Positions 48,391 through 62,440 of a DNA stretch of 64,000 nt are shown here, in pieces (the stretch's first letter is position 1; each line of letters opens with the position of its first letter). The notes beneath the pieces were generated by a model. It was given only the letters and a program-made list of their open reading frames with translations, made no database searches and had not been told where the DNA came from. The stretch comes from Heterodontus francisci (lineage: Eukaryota). A program made the translations under genes and the position numbers. Where the stretch lies: positions 31,094,430 through 31,158,429 of the forward strand of contig NC_090399.1 of assembly GCF_036365525.1 (NCBI RefSeq), written 5' to 3'.

Positions 48391-51109
48391 AGTGTAATAT
48401 ATTCAACTCGTTTAAACAGTACAGCTTGAACACTGCTAAATGTGATCCTGCTTAATGTCATCCTATAACTTTCAAGGTTAACTCAAAGTATCAATAGCGT
48501 ATTTGAATTAGAAACTTCGCCAACAAGTCGTTAATTGCTTCTACATTTTAATTATGGTGTCAGAACCTGGTCTGCAGTGTACCTGGATACGCCATGCAAC
48601 TATGTGTGGATCACCCTGGTGTTTGCATTATTCGAACGCTTAATCAGACATCTGGGTGACCACAAAATGTCCCTTGCTAAATAGTTTACTATTTTAGCTC
48701 ATGTCAAATTTGGAGGCGGTGGTGACAGTGATTATGGACAATTGCTATAATGTATATTTATAAAATTAATTTCATTTTGCAGAAACCATATAAATGCCAC
48801 ATGGTAATCAGGCAGCTTTGAATGAAACGGTTTATTTATTCCATCTCATCTCCTCTATCCTGAATAACATTTCTGCAGACTTCCCGTAATAGTATCCAGC
48901 TGTTCCCTCACCGAACCTTCCAGAAATCTTCCTGGTCATATGTTCCAGCTGCTGATTACTGTCTGTGCAGAAATACCTATTGCTAATCAAACACTGATCT
49001 TTAACCTGAACTGGTTCATATTCGTAAACTTAAATGCCAACTTAATGCACATAAATGAAGGGTACAATCATTGCTCTCTTACCTGATTCATTGACATGGT
49101 TTGAGGCTTAGGGTTAAGTCACGCTGTGAATTGAATGAGAAAGAAGTGTGTGCAAAGAGCATAACGTTTCTACCCCACAAAGAAAGAATCTGAGAATATA
49201 GATTTCAAATTCTAATTTATTTAACCTTGCATCGATATATTGTTGCCGTTTGAAAAAAAAAAACGCACCGGTATTTTGATTCTAGTGATTGGCAGTAGAT
49301 TATTCATGAAAGTTTGTCTGCAGGGTTGCGGTGAAAGAGAAGGGGAGTGGGACATATTGGATAGCTCTTTCAAAGAGCCAGCACAGAGCAAAGGGACGAA
49401 TGGCCTCCTTCTGTGCTGGATCATTCTATGATAGTAGCAAGATCGTGAGAGCAGGACAATTTCAGCTCCTTCTCCAAAGGATGCGTCATTCTCATTTGGG
49501 TATATACCCCATTTATTTTATATGTGCTGTGTCAAAATCCTGAAAATACCTATCCAGTACCATTGTGGTAGCTCTATCGCCATAGGGACTGCAGATGCAC
49601 AAGAAAAAGATTTATTATTACCTTCTCGGAACAACTAAGAATGGATCAAATATGTGGTCCTGTTAACATTACCAAACAAATTTAAAAATCATACAGTGAC
49701 ATTACATAGAATTTGTTGGATTTTGCAGTGACAATGTTGGCAAAACCATTAATGCTCACCGTCATTACTCCACTGAAGCTGACAACAACTTTGGAGATCG
49801 CACACGTGCAGAATAACAGAAATGCAGAAGTTGCTGCCAGTAATTCTACACTTCTACAGAGGATGTGCTGTTGAGGCTCTCCCAGGCTGCATTTAAGGGG
49901 ATATCACTGAAATGACCAGAGATTCCACTCTTTGTCTTTTACTCACCCCTGTAAAGGCCTTTGAACAGGTACACCTTGTTGAATTAAATGTAATTGGGTT
50001 TTTATCAGGGTTGTAACTTCATAGTTTACTGCTAAAATCCTTCACTGACCCTGAAAACCTAATTTTGTATTTGTGCAATGTTAAATTGCTCCATAAGGAT
50101 AAAATTAAAATAATATTTTCAAAATTTATTTATCTTTATTTTAGCTTTTGTCGTACACCAATCATTAATCATTCATTTTTTCTATCTGAATTATCAACTT
50201 AAAGATGACGGTTTTAGAGCTTTTAACTTCCTGGTTTGCTGTCTGCGAGAATACTTCAATGCAATTGGATGCTTACCTTGCGTGTTGCTATCCCCGCAGT
50301 TGCACGTCTGGAGTTCCTTTGGATTTAGCGCCACATACAAACTGACAAAGGGAAATTTGGTGCCTCCGAGATTGCAAGATATGGACAGCTTGATTCGAAG
50401 GCAGCAAAATATGAACCAATGAATTATATGATATTGTCACGCAGCACAAGCTGACTCACGTGTCTTTAGACAAACCTCTCATGAGCTCTCCAAAGCCAGC
50501 ATTGCCTTTTGAGCTTCCAGCTATTTTATGATAACGCTGAGTGAGAATGGCAACAAGGACTCAATTTGTACCAAATTACAGATCGTTTGGTCCTCATGCG
50601 ATGATGGGGTAGAAACTCGCCTGTGGGGCGTGTGCAGGGAAGCACAAAATATTGGACGTATTGGATCGACCTGTGGTTTCCTCCATGGACTTCAATAAAA
50701 CCTAATATTAAGCAGGATGTATAATTGTTGGGAAACCGCTTATTCTGTCCAAATTGAAATTGTACACGGATAAAAGGCCTCAGTACTTAGAGACATTAGG
50801 GCGGGCAAAGACATATTCAATAAGTAACACGTTAGGGTTAGGGTTAGTTGTCTTAAATTCAGGAGGTTACAGGACAAAGCTAATAATAAAGCAGCCTGTT
50901 CCCCCCAAAGAATGTTCTTCTTGTGTATATTCACCTGTTGCGTTAAGCTCCTCATATTCAAAATCTTGCCTACAAAAATAAAGGGGACATTTTACATGGC
51001 TTAAGAATAAAATATACTTCAAGAAAATAGTTCAAATTTGATTGCTTGCTAACTTCCAGCAAGTTGGATATAAACAAATCTTTAGAACATCAATGTAAGT
51101 TTGCTGTTA

Positions 51110-51950
51110 TTTTTGGGGTTATGTGGGCGTTGCTGGCGAGGCCAGCATTTATTGCCCATCTCTAATTGCCCTTGAGAAAGGTGTGGTGATCTGCCTTCTT
51201 GAACTGCTGCAGTCCTTGGGGTGTAGGTACACCCACAGTGCTGTTAAGGAAGGGAGTTCCGGGATTTTGCCCAGCAACAGTGAAGAGAGAGCAATATAGT
51301 TCCAAGTCAGACTTAAGTGGATATGTGGATAGTCTGGGAAAAAGACATTGAAGTGGATGATCAGCCATGATCATATTGAATGGCAGAACAGGCTAGATGG
51401 GCTGAAGGTCCTACTCCTGCTCCTATGTTCCTATGTCCCTATGTTCCTAAGTTATTATGGTGTGTGGCTTGGAGGGGAATTTGCAGGTGGTGGTGTTCCT
51501 ATGCATCGCTGCCCCTGTGCTTCCAGGTGGTAGAGGTCACGGGTTTTGAAGGTGTTGTCAATGGTGCCTTGGTGAGTTGCTGCAGTGCATCTTGTATATG
51601 GTAAACACTGCTGCCACTGTCCATCGGTGGCGAAGGGAGTGAATATTGAAGGTGTTGATGGGGTACAAATCAAAAGTGATGCTTTGTCCTGGAAGGTGTT
51701 AAGCTTCTTGAGTATTGTTGGAGTTGCACCTATCTAGGCAAGTGGGCACTATTCCGCCGTACTCCTGATTTGTGCCTTGCAGATGGTGGACAGGCAATGG
51801 GGAGCCAGGAGCTGAGTTACCAGCCTTTGAATTCCCAGACCTGGACCTGTTCTTGTAGACACAGCATTTATGTGGCTGGTTGAGTTCAGTTTCTGGTCAA
51901 TGGTGGCACCCAGAATGTTGATTGTGGGAGTTTCAGCGATGTTAATCCCA
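51110..51950 (-). mobile_element. CR1/L2-group LINE fragment with a nested CR1 tail (about 51310-51450)
   Basis: TINILGATIDQKLN.TSHIN, LQQFKKADHH.FLKGN, and the shared family tail. Confidence 0.8.
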
Positions 51951-54479
51951 CGTGGGATCCAGGAATCTAACCTACATCTTCTAAAGTAGCACACTGATAG
52001 TGTGTTTCTTCACAATTAATGAAGAGTCTAACTCATTGTCAACTTCCTGTAATTCCACAAAGTCTTTCATTTTCACAGTTGACGAAAGTCAGAAGATTAT
52101 CATACTTGAGTAATAAGTTGTTGGGAAACTGAATCCAGCCTGGCACCTCGTGGTCACAACCTGTCACAGAAATCTACAACAATAACTGCTGTCACACAGG
52201 CTTGGGCTAAAATCGTGATTGCAGGAAACAAGGCTTTTGGACAGGAAGTCCATGTGTAGTCCAGTACTTTTTAATGATATATAACAGAGCGAAGTGGCTT
52301 AATTCCTTAACTGTGTTATTTAGTATCCTCTGGAACTGGAGAAATAAAGATTTCTTTCTGACCTATTCATCGCTATGGTGTCAAAACAAAAATTAAAAGA
52401 AGCCTAACCTAAAATTGGTTTCAACAAAATCTAATTTAGAGAAATTCTTGACTCACTCTAAATCACCACGTTCTGAAATCGCGTTCAGAGAAGGTCGTTG
52501 TTGAAAATAATTTATCTGTATCTCCGTGTATTGGATGCAGTCTCTTGTAGTTTTCTGTTTAAATAGAAAGATTAGATTAGACCGGATTGGTCAGACATGA
52601 TGTGCCCTACACAGGCCCCCATGTTGACATGCTTTTATTTGTTGATGTTTGTGCAAGTGATCAGTCATTCTATCTCTTTAAATTGGCATTAAGAAGGAAA
52701 GTTACCCGAAATGTGGTAGATTTGGAGAAAAAAAATTACCAGGTGATATAATCAAACTGCAAAGTATGGATGAGCTCAAACAATTACTAGATATATATTT
52801 TGTAGAAACAGAGTAGGGATGGAGTGATATGATGAAAACCTTTGATATCAGATAAAGATTTGGACTTCTTGGCCCTCTTACCCTCTTCCACTTCTTAACA
52901 AGATCACATAGTCTTAAAAGTAAATATTTTCAGATATTTAATTTTTACATTATATCAACATAGGTAGTTGCGAAATATATTACTGTATGAAATCCATCCA
53001 TTTGATACAGTTAACAGATTATGTTCTGTTGTGTTGTGCCGTTGCTACTACAGAAAAGCTTTATAGGATTTATGGACAAAGTGCATCTGATCAGTTTCCT
53101 AAAACCTATGATTTTGAAAGTGTAATTTGATCAGGTGGAACATGTGTCAAATCACGTGTGTTAATGGTGAGAGTTCTGCCTCGAAAGGCATTGTTCGTGA
53201 TAAACTGTACACTTAATATTGCTGCCTACCTGATTCTGTGAGTTGATTGGAGAAGTTTCGGCATCTACAAGTACAAAATATAATGTATAATTAAATGCCA
53301 ATGGAGTTTAATACAAAAAGGCAAAGCCCAAGTTTCAGATTGATAGATTAATGTTTGATTGGAAATAGGTGGATAGGTAAATAGAGAGAGACCATCGAAT
53401 TATCTGAGGTACAGCTCAGCCATAATCTAATTGAATGGCAGAGCAGGCTCCAGGGGTTGAATGACCTATTCCTATTTCTATGTTTCTATAACGTCTGATC
53501 ATGCCTCTCAGGGTGTCCAGGGCTCTTCTCAGAGTGTTACTCACTGGGAGTCTAATCACGATTGTTACAAAGGTAATGAAATAGCACGAGTCCAGAAACA
53601 GCAATAAGATAACTGACCAATTCATAATGTTTATATTTGTCTGTGTGTTTGTATGTGTGGGTGTGTTTCATTAATGAGCTTTAGGTAGAATGCTGAAATC
53701 ATGCTTTGCTGTTTTGTTTTCAAGCATCCACTACGTCCATATGACCAAATAGGCAGGGCTTGGTCTAACCTCCTGCAAAAGATAGAACATCTGTCAATGC
53801 AGAACTCTCTCATTGCTACACGAAGCCACAATTATCTACTGAACCTTTGAAGCAGAACTTAATACTGCAATATTGTGGTTCAAAAGCAAGAGCACTTCCA
53901 ATTGAATCAAACTGACACAAAGCAGGCTAATCACCAACAGGCACAAACACATTTGTATAAAGTTTCTCTGCCATTCATTACAAGCTGGCAATAGCTGTAA
54001 TACATCATGGAAGCAAATAAATTAAAATAGCAAGCAAAATAGTTGGATACAAATAGATTAAGCATTCCTATATAATAATTTCAAACCTATAACAAACGAA
54101 TTGTTATAACTGGAGACAACATTCATCTGATTTACCACATAAAGGCAGATAGTTACTGTAATGGTTGCTCCATTTTGTGTTCATTAAAATGAAGGATACT
54201 TCCATTTTTGTTACGTTCAGTGTTAGGTAAAGCATGGGTACAACGTAGATCTCAAGAAAGTACCTCCGGTGAAACATTTCCATTTCCCACAACAGCCATT
54301 TTCTCTGGCGTGACGGGTGTGGGTTGGGTGGTGGGGGGTAATTGTCGATTTAGTAGCAGAGATTGAATTGAGATTAAGAGATTTGATTGAGGCTCCTCAA
54401 ACTCATTTCATTTATCACAATTAGACCCAACACTGGGGGAGGATTTAGTTTATATGTCTGGACTGAACTCCATTTTTTA

Positions 54480-54825
54480 CATTTGTTTCTGGGATATGGG
54501 CGGCGCTGAATTGGCCAGCATTTATTGCACATCCCTAATTGCCCGTGAAACGAGATGCTTGCTGCACCATTTTAGAGGGCATTACAGAGTCAAGTACATT
54601 GCTGTGGGTCTGGAGTCACATGTAGGCCAGACTTGGTAAGGACAGCAGATTTCCTTCCCTAAAGGGCATTAGTGAACCAGATGGGTTTTGCGACAATCTA
54701 CAATAGTTTCATGGTCACCATTAGACTAGCTTTTTAAAATTCCTGCTTTATTAATTGAATGCAAATTAGCCTGGGCACTGGATTACTAGTCCAGTGGCAT
54801 TACTGCTTTGCCACGGCCTCCCCTA
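54480..54825 (-). mobile_element. tRNA-headed SINE whose tail matches the CR1/L2-group family
   Basis: Tail ggccagcatttattgcacatccctaattgccc matches the LINE tails at 38.2, 51.1 and 56.1 kb. tRNA-like head near 54770-54825. Confidence 0.6.
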
Positions 54826-54900
54826 AATCAAGATAGTTCATGTAATGTTCTGCAACACAAACTCCTTTCTATGCTCATTCAGGATAGCGCCGGTTTACTG

Positions 54901-55312
54901 TCAGCTGCGGCTCAGTGAGTGCTATTCTGTCATCATTGAGACATAAATCTGTGGGTTCATGCCCCACTCCAGATACTTGCACATGAAATAAAGGTGATAC
55001 TGGAGTGCAGTTTTGAGGAACTGTTGTATTATTGGAGGTGCTATTTGTCGGGTGAATGTTTAAACCAGGGTAGGGGTAAAATTTCCCATGACACTATTTT
55101 GAAGAACAGGGGAGTTCTCTCTGGGGCACTGGCCAATATGCTCCCCTCAAACAAAATTACTGAACCTCATCATAACCACACTGCTGTTTATGGGACCGTG
55201 CTATGCACAAAGTAGTATTTCTTATAGTGCATCAATGGCTACACGTTAAAAGTACTTTGTCGGCTGTAAAGCACATTTAGGCCTCTTGGGATTGTGAAAT
55301 GCAAGTTTCTTA
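54901..55312 (+). mobile_element. Deu-SINE (SacSINE1/AmnSINE1-like)
   Basis: Deu-domain-like blocks catgacactattttgaagaacaggggagttctc...ctggccaatat..ccctcaa, tgctgtttatgggacc.tgctatgcacaaa, and tail aaagtacttt..ggctgtaaagc. Confidence 0.75.
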
Positions 55313-56074
55313 TGACACTGGAGCAGAATCTTATCATATCACACGTACTTGAGGATATCTAATTCCAGAAGGTCTTACAGTCGCTGATAAAATATTTAAG
55401 GGGAAGAAGAGGAAGACTGAGGAGGCCCGTGTCAGCCTGTGGAAGTGTAATCTTTGCGATAATTCTAATGAACACAATACTTTGTTCGGCATGCCGAAAC
55501 ATATAAATTTATTCATTTTGAGTTACTTGCCCATCACGTTAAAAAACGAATGATTGAATTCCTTTACGCTGTTTGGGAAAAAAAAAAGAAAGAATGTCAT
55601 GAATTATAAACAGAGAAGGGAAAATGAGCACACTCAGTTCTACATTTAATTTTGTACAGCTAGCTTAGTATTAGATTGGACTGTCCAAGTCGAAGACTGT
55701 AAATGCACCAGGCAATGTGAACCTGTTCCCAGAGACTTAAGCGTCAATGCTTCCAACGTCAGAAGGACCATAGAAAACTCGCAGGGAAGAACGACAGGCA
55801 ATAATAAAGGAAACGTAGGCACTCCATGCAACAAGAGTAGCGGCCAATCTCAAAATGTCTAGCCTTGCCTACCAACCCTACCTTAAATGGCCAACACTGC
55901 CAAAAGACTTTAATCTTCAACAACATAATGCAACCTTCCCATTGTCTGCAATAACAGCAACAGGCACATTGGGAGAAATCTTACACTAGTGGGAGGTGCA
56001 CCAGTTCAGAGGGAATGCCAGTGTTGCATCCTGCCCAATCGTACTCTCCATGGAATTATTTTTTATTATTATTA

Positions 56075-57420
56075 TTCATTCATGGAATGTAGGCGTCACT
56101 GGCTTTGCCAGCAATTATTGCCCATCCCTAATTGCCCTTGAGAAGGTGGTGGTAAGCCGCCTTCTTGAACCGCTGCAGTCCATGTGAGGTAGGTACACCC
56201 ACAGTGCTGTGAGGGAGGGAGTTCCAGGATTTTGACCCAGCGACAGTGAAGGAAGAGCGATATAGTTCCAAGTCAGGATGGTGTGTGACTTGGACGGGAA
56301 CTTGCAGGTGGTGATGTTCCCATGCATCTGTTGCTCTTGTCCTTCGAGGTTGTTGAGGTCGCGGATTTGGTAGGTGCTGTCTAAGGAGCCTTGGTGCCTT
56401 GCTGCAGTGCATCTTGTAGATGGTACACACTGCTGCCACTGTGCATTGGTGGTGGAGGGAGTGAATGTTTGTGGATGGTGTGCCAATCAAGCGGGCTGCT
56501 TTGTTCTGGTTGGTGTGGAGTTTCTGGACTGTTGTGGAGCTGCACCCATCCAGGCAAGTGGAAAGTATTCCATCACACTTCTGACTTGTGCCTTGTAGAT
56601 GGTGGAAAAGCTTTGGGGAGTTAGGAGGTGAGTTACTAGCCGCAGGATTCCTAACCTCTGAGCTACTTTTGTGGCCATGGTATCTATATGGCTACTCCAG
56701 TTCAGTTTCTGGTCAATGGTAACCCCTAGGATATTGATAGTGGGGGATTCAGCGAAGGTAATGCCACTGAATGTCAAGGGGAGATGGTTAGATTCTCTCT
56801 TGTTGGAGATGGACATTGCCTGGCACTTGTGTAGCGCAAATGTTACTTGCCACTTATCAGCCCAAGCCTGGATTAGAACATTACAGTGCAGTACAGGCCC
56901 TTCGGCCCTCGATGTTGCGCCAACCTGTGAAACCATCTGACCTGCACTATTCCATATTGTCCAGGTCTTACTGCATTTCTACACGGTCTGCTTCAGTATC
57001 TGAGGAGTCGTGAATGGTGCTGAACATTGTGCAATCATCAGCAAACATCCCCACTTGTGATCTTAGGATTGAAGGAAGGTCATTGATGAAGCAGCTGAAG
57101 ATGGTTGGGCCTAGGACACTACCCTGAGGAGCTCCTGCAGTGATGTCCTGGAGCTCAGATTATTGACTTCCAACAACCACAGCCATCTTCCTTTGCACTA
57201 GGTATGACTCCAACCAGCAGAGTGTTTTCTCCCGATTCACATTGACTCCAGTTTTGCTCTGGCTCCTTGATGCCATACTCGGTGAAATGCTGCCTTGATG
57301 TCAAGGGCAGTCACTCTCACCTCACCTCTTGAGTTCAGCTCTTCTGTCCATGTTTTGAACCAAGGCTGCAATGAGGTCAGGAGCTGAGTGGCCCTGGCAG
57401 AACCCAAAATGCGCATCACT
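56075..57420 (-). mobile_element. CR1/L2-group LINE 3' part with a small CR1-tail insertion (about 56872-56955)
   Basis: ALDIKAAFHRVWH, WADKWQVTF..HKCQAM, IYKAQVRSVMEY, HSLHHQCTVAAVCTIYKMH, SWNSLP. Confidence 0.9.
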
Positions 57421-59054
57421 GAAATGAGCAGCAAATGGGCCGTAAAATTAGGTGGTGTGTAAAAGTTGCTTTATCCTGATGGGTAGGTCAATTGTCCCAT
57501 TGGTTTTACACCCTGTTTGATTAAATTCCCTATTGCAGAGTAATGTAGGGCATGAAGTAAACAGGCATTCCACTGATGCTATGTGTTTCCCGCCTTATGC
57601 TAAAATTAGCACCCATTTCATCTATCTGTACCGATGCATAAGAAAAATGATGCCAAATCTTTGCTAATATGAAAATTAGTGTAATATTCAGGACGACGAA
57701 ATCAAACATAAAGTGGAATGCGGAATAAAATGAAACAGATATTGCACATATCGGTTAAAAGGCATAGTAAAATGACCAGGATGAAATTCAACTTCCTTGG
57801 ACGTGTGGAACAGCAGCCTGTTCTACCTGCATTGATTTCAATTGGAAAATAAAGCTGGCAGAGTGTATTAACGGGTGGCTGTACATTTAGCACCCATTTT
57901 AAGACCCCATGGGTAAGGTTCATGCTCAAGTGTCTTAAGCAGGACACAGAGATGCACAGTTATGACTGTTGGGATCGTGCTGCACCATCTAAGTAACCCA
58001 CATGCGAACCAGCTCCTATGAACATCCCTGGTCTCCTTGATCTACAATAGTGAACAATCTTTCATATGAAAGTTTCAACAAGCTCAACACCAACAGTGCA
58101 CAACTCGTGTTGAACCCACTGGGATATAAATTTGCCTTGGTGCATCGTATTAAATGGATGGTATCACCTCGCCTGCCTTTGTAAAGCCCACTTGATATTA
58201 AAGGCTATTGAAGGCTATCACATGCCTGTAATATTGTTTTGCCCACTTTGTAACAGAGTCTTTAGCCAATTTAAAATAAACCAGTTAATGCTTCGCAGCG
58301 TTCAGATGAAAGAGTTAAATATTGGTCTGTCAATAGCGGAAATCATCATTTCTAGCTTATATCTTTTAAGATAAAACAAAAACGTTGAAGTGGCTCAATA
58401 TATTTTGGATGATTCAGTGGGCATGTAATGCAAAATCCTGGCCAATGCAACATTATTTTATCTTCCTCCCCCATGATGCAATGTTGCACTCGTACATCAG
58501 GGTACAGCAGCGGCCATAGGTGCAGTAGATACAAAAAAAAAAGAAGAAATAAGAACAGGAGCAGACCATATAGCCCATCGAGGCCGCTGCACAATTCAAA
58601 ATGATCATAGGATTCAACTCCACTTTCCAGGCCCCTCAACGCCCCCTTGATTCCCTGAGAGACCAAAAATCTATCTTACCCAGTTTCAAATGTATTCAAC
58701 GATGGAGCAGCCACAACCCTCGGGAGTAGAGAATTCCAAATATTCACAACACTTTGAGTGAAGTAATTTCTCCTCATTTCAGTTCTAAATGATTTGTCCT
58801 GTATCCTGAGACTATGCCTCATGTTTTAAATTCCCCGACCAGCAGAAGCAATCGCTCACTGTCTACCCTATCCAGTTCCTTTAAAATCTGATATGTCTCT
58901 TTGTTTATAGAATCAATTCTTTTAATTTACCCAACAGTTTTTCATGTAAAACTAGTTAATCTTCATTTTCAGCACAAAGGATAGCTTTTGAATAATAAGT
59001 TGTATAAAATAAGTTTCACCACCATTTTGCCACACTTGAGAGCAATTATATCAT

Positions 59055-59240
59055 CTCATCCACGCTCATGCAATCCCCTCCCTCCCATGCCATCCCCAAC
59101 CCATGCCATTCCATCCTCTCCATGCCATCCCTCTCATGCCACCCCATCCCATTCCTTCCATCCCTCCCATACCATCCCTATCCCGCTATTTCCATCCCCA
59201 TCCCCTCCATTAATCTCATCCTATCCCTTACAGACACAAT
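59055..59240 (+). repeat. Pyrimidine-rich degenerate (CCAT/CCCAT) low-complexity tract
   Basis: Direct reading. It accounts for the Pro/His/Ser-rich ORFs at 58988-59349. Confidence 0.8.
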
Positions 59241-61289
59241 CTCTCCAGTCTGGATAACATTACTGATGTGCTCCCCTTACTTTGCATTGTTTTTGTTCTC
59301 CATCAACCACCCAACCCTCACCCCGCTGCTGCCATTGACAACCACGTGAGCATCTGTGCTCCAGTCCTCCTCGTGCTCCATGTGCCTCCATGTGAACCAT
59401 GCAAATCCCGTCAAATAAACCTACCAACAGACGTGCCTCTTAAACTGACCAATAAAAATCGTCCAGACAGCGCAAGTGCTGAGTATCATTATTACAGATA
59501 TGGCTCTGATTAGGGTCAGCCTCTGCCTTGGGACCACGTTTACGTACGTTGTACCTCTCAGAACATCGAGTAATGCAAAAGTGCGTGAGAAGGCTGATAA
59601 ACACCTGTTAGGTCCAGGTTTGAATCCAGAGCGTAAAGCTAAGTGATGTGGTATAACCACGAGGGCTTACTCTCAAATTGCTGTCGTAGATTGGCATCAT
59701 TTTGCCAAGCTGCGTTTTATCATGTCCATTATACCCATTAGACCCCCAACAAAGGTTAATGTCACAAGATAATGAACTGTGCCGCTCTTTACCAAGTCTA
59801 AAGGTCAGCTGCTAGTGCAACATAGAAGCACATATTTGTCTTTGTCATTGACCTCAATGTCACCCGAAACAACAGAATACATCAATTCTGCTGACTGCAC
59901 ATGGTACTGCACAGGCACTGGTGAGAGACTAATAGCTGCAAGCTAACTGTAATTATAGTGGTTGGTTGATTGGAACGTACCTTCCCATAGGAATGTAGAT
60001 CGATTGTTCTTCTTGGTTGACATCCTTTGGAACACAAGTTAAGCTCTGTCAGTGATTACTTGCATAAAAGTTTTGTATAGTTACACAAAACGGAACATAA
60101 TTCCTTACCATGCACAGAGGATCAGATTCAAGAAGATTCACATCTTGATTCTGTCATAAAATAAAATATTTATCCACTGAAATATATATTTATTTAGACC
60201 AAGAAATCCTAATTTATTACAGGAAGGATTCCTCTAATTGCTACCACTAGAAAAATCGTAACTGTCCAATCTTAGGCAGTTGTACCAAACTACTGGAAGC
60301 TTTCACCCAGTTGTTAAGAAATAACAGCACAGAAAATAAATTTGTATTGATAAAGGTTTCAACCGCAGCTACGCCAGAATAATTTTACTAAAATTAGACA
60401 TCAAAGGATATCTTCTCGCTATCTTTAACATGTCACTAGCACAGAGCGAATAAAGGAAATGTTCCCACCATGATGACCATATCACTAACACATAACAGAA
60501 AAAAAAAACCCTTGGCGCCAAAGTTGACCATATCACCGAAGAATTGGGACCAAAGGAATCTTCCCATTATGTTTACCTCACATTGAGACCAGAAACCGTC
60601 TTACTGTTTTTCTGTTGTTCTCAACATATAACAATAAGGAGAAATCTTGCTTCTTTATAGTCACACCCATGCAGATATACACTGTCACATTCAAATACAA
60701 TTTCTGCATGTAACTGGTAATACCAGACGTATCCAGGATACAAGCTTTGGAGTGTTGGACTTAATCAATATGCATCAGTGAATTAAAAGATTTCAAGGTG
60801 TTCCTCACCACAGATTCAACACTCACACAGGAAGGACTGATAATTCCTGTTTGATCTTGGAGGGTGTTGGACATCCTTGGAACTGTACTAAAGCAAGATG
60901 CCTTACCATCCCCATTTATGCCATTTGGGATGTGCTGTACCTTCCATTGGAAAGAAATGGAAATATTATGGTTTATCTGTGAAAAACAAGCATGTTTCCT
61001 GTGCCTATTTGATATCAGTTGAGTAGGTACAAAATATAATGGCTCAGATTTTGCAGATGAAGGAATCAGTGTTTGCTGGTCACCTCGCTGACAGCTGTCC
61101 ACGCGTCCAACACATTGAGGTGCCATCTATAGGGGAAGCTAAGGCATCTGAGAACAAGGCAAGAAACGGTGATGCTCTTCAATCAATAAGATTGAAGAAT
61201 CCCTACTGAAAGACGCAGGGGTAGAAGTTCATCTTGAGTGGTAGCACAGAATGGGTTGTATCAGATTGGCTGCCAGCTATAACAGTGCA

Positions 61290-62440
61290 TGATATTTTGG
61301 TTAGAAAAATTAAAGCACATGGGATCGGAGGTAACATACTGGCATAGGTTAAGGATTGGTTAGCAGGTAGAAAGCAGAGAGTAGGAATAAATGGGCATTC
61401 TCGCATTGGTAGGCTGTGCCTAGTAGGGTAGCACAGGGATCAGTGCTTGGGCTCCAGCTGTTCACAATATATGTCAATGATTTGGATGTGGGGACCAAAT
61501 GTAGTACTTCCAAGTTCGCACATGACACAAAACTAAGTGGGAACGTGTGTTGTGAGGAAGATGCAAAGTGGCTTCAAGGGGATTTGGACAGACTTAGTGA
61601 GTGGGCAAGAACGTGGCAGATGGAATATAATGTGGAAAAATGTGAGGTTGTCCATTTTGGTAGGAGGAACAGATGCGCAGAGCATTTCTTAAATGGGAAG
61701 ATATTAGCAAGTGCAGATGTACAAAGGGACGTGGGCGTCCTTTTCAATAAGTCACTGAAAGCTAACATGTAGGTACAGCAAGCTATTAGGAAGGCTAATG
61801 ATAGCCTTTATCACAAGAGGATTTGAGTACAGGAGTAGTGAAGTCTTGTCTCAATTGTATAGAACCTTGGTTAGACCGCACTTAGAGCACTGTGTGCAGT
61901 TTTGGTCCTCTTACCTTCGGAAGAATATCATTGCCATAGAGGGAGTGCCACCAAGATTCACCAGAATTGTTCCCGGGATGACGGGAGTGTCCTAGGAAGA
62001 GAGATTGGGGCAACTGGTCCTGTATTCTCCAGAGTTTAGAAGAACTTGAGGTGATCTCATTGAAACCTACAAAATGCTTAAAGGGATAGGCAAGGTCGAT
62101 GCAGCTAAGATGGTTCCCCTGGTTGGGTGTTTAGAACCAGGGGGCACAATTTCAAAATAAGGGGGAAGGCGCTTAGAACAGAGATGAGGAGAAACTTCTT
62201 TATTCAGAGGGTTGTGAATCTTTAGAATTCTCTACTCCAGAGGGCAGTGGAAGCTCAGTGTTTGAGTATATTTAAAGCAAATATTGACGGATTTCTAAAT
62301 ACAAATGATGTCAGGGGATATGGGTATAGGGTGGGAAAAAGGCATTGAAGTGGATGATCAGCCATGATCATATTGAATGGCGGGGAAGGCTCTATGGGCT
62401 GAATAGCCTAATACACCTCCTTAGTTCCTTTGTTCCTACG
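61290..62440 (+). mobile_element. CR1 LINE 3' part, decayed
   Basis: QGSVLGLQLFTIYVNDLD, SKFAHDTKL, KCEVVHFG, RPHLEHCVQFW, and a CR1 tail. Confidence 0.9.

Noticed and set aside
53416-54292. Hydrophobic short ORFs (MNWSVILLLFL..., MWEMEMF...)
   Set aside because: No splice context or Ig motifs; compatible with chance in AT-rich DNA.
55379-55436. Minus-strand leader-like exon (TGLLSLPLLPLKYFISD, gtaaga donor)
   Set aside because: It starts with ACG rather than ATG, and I found no recognisable V exon downstream. Too weak to call.
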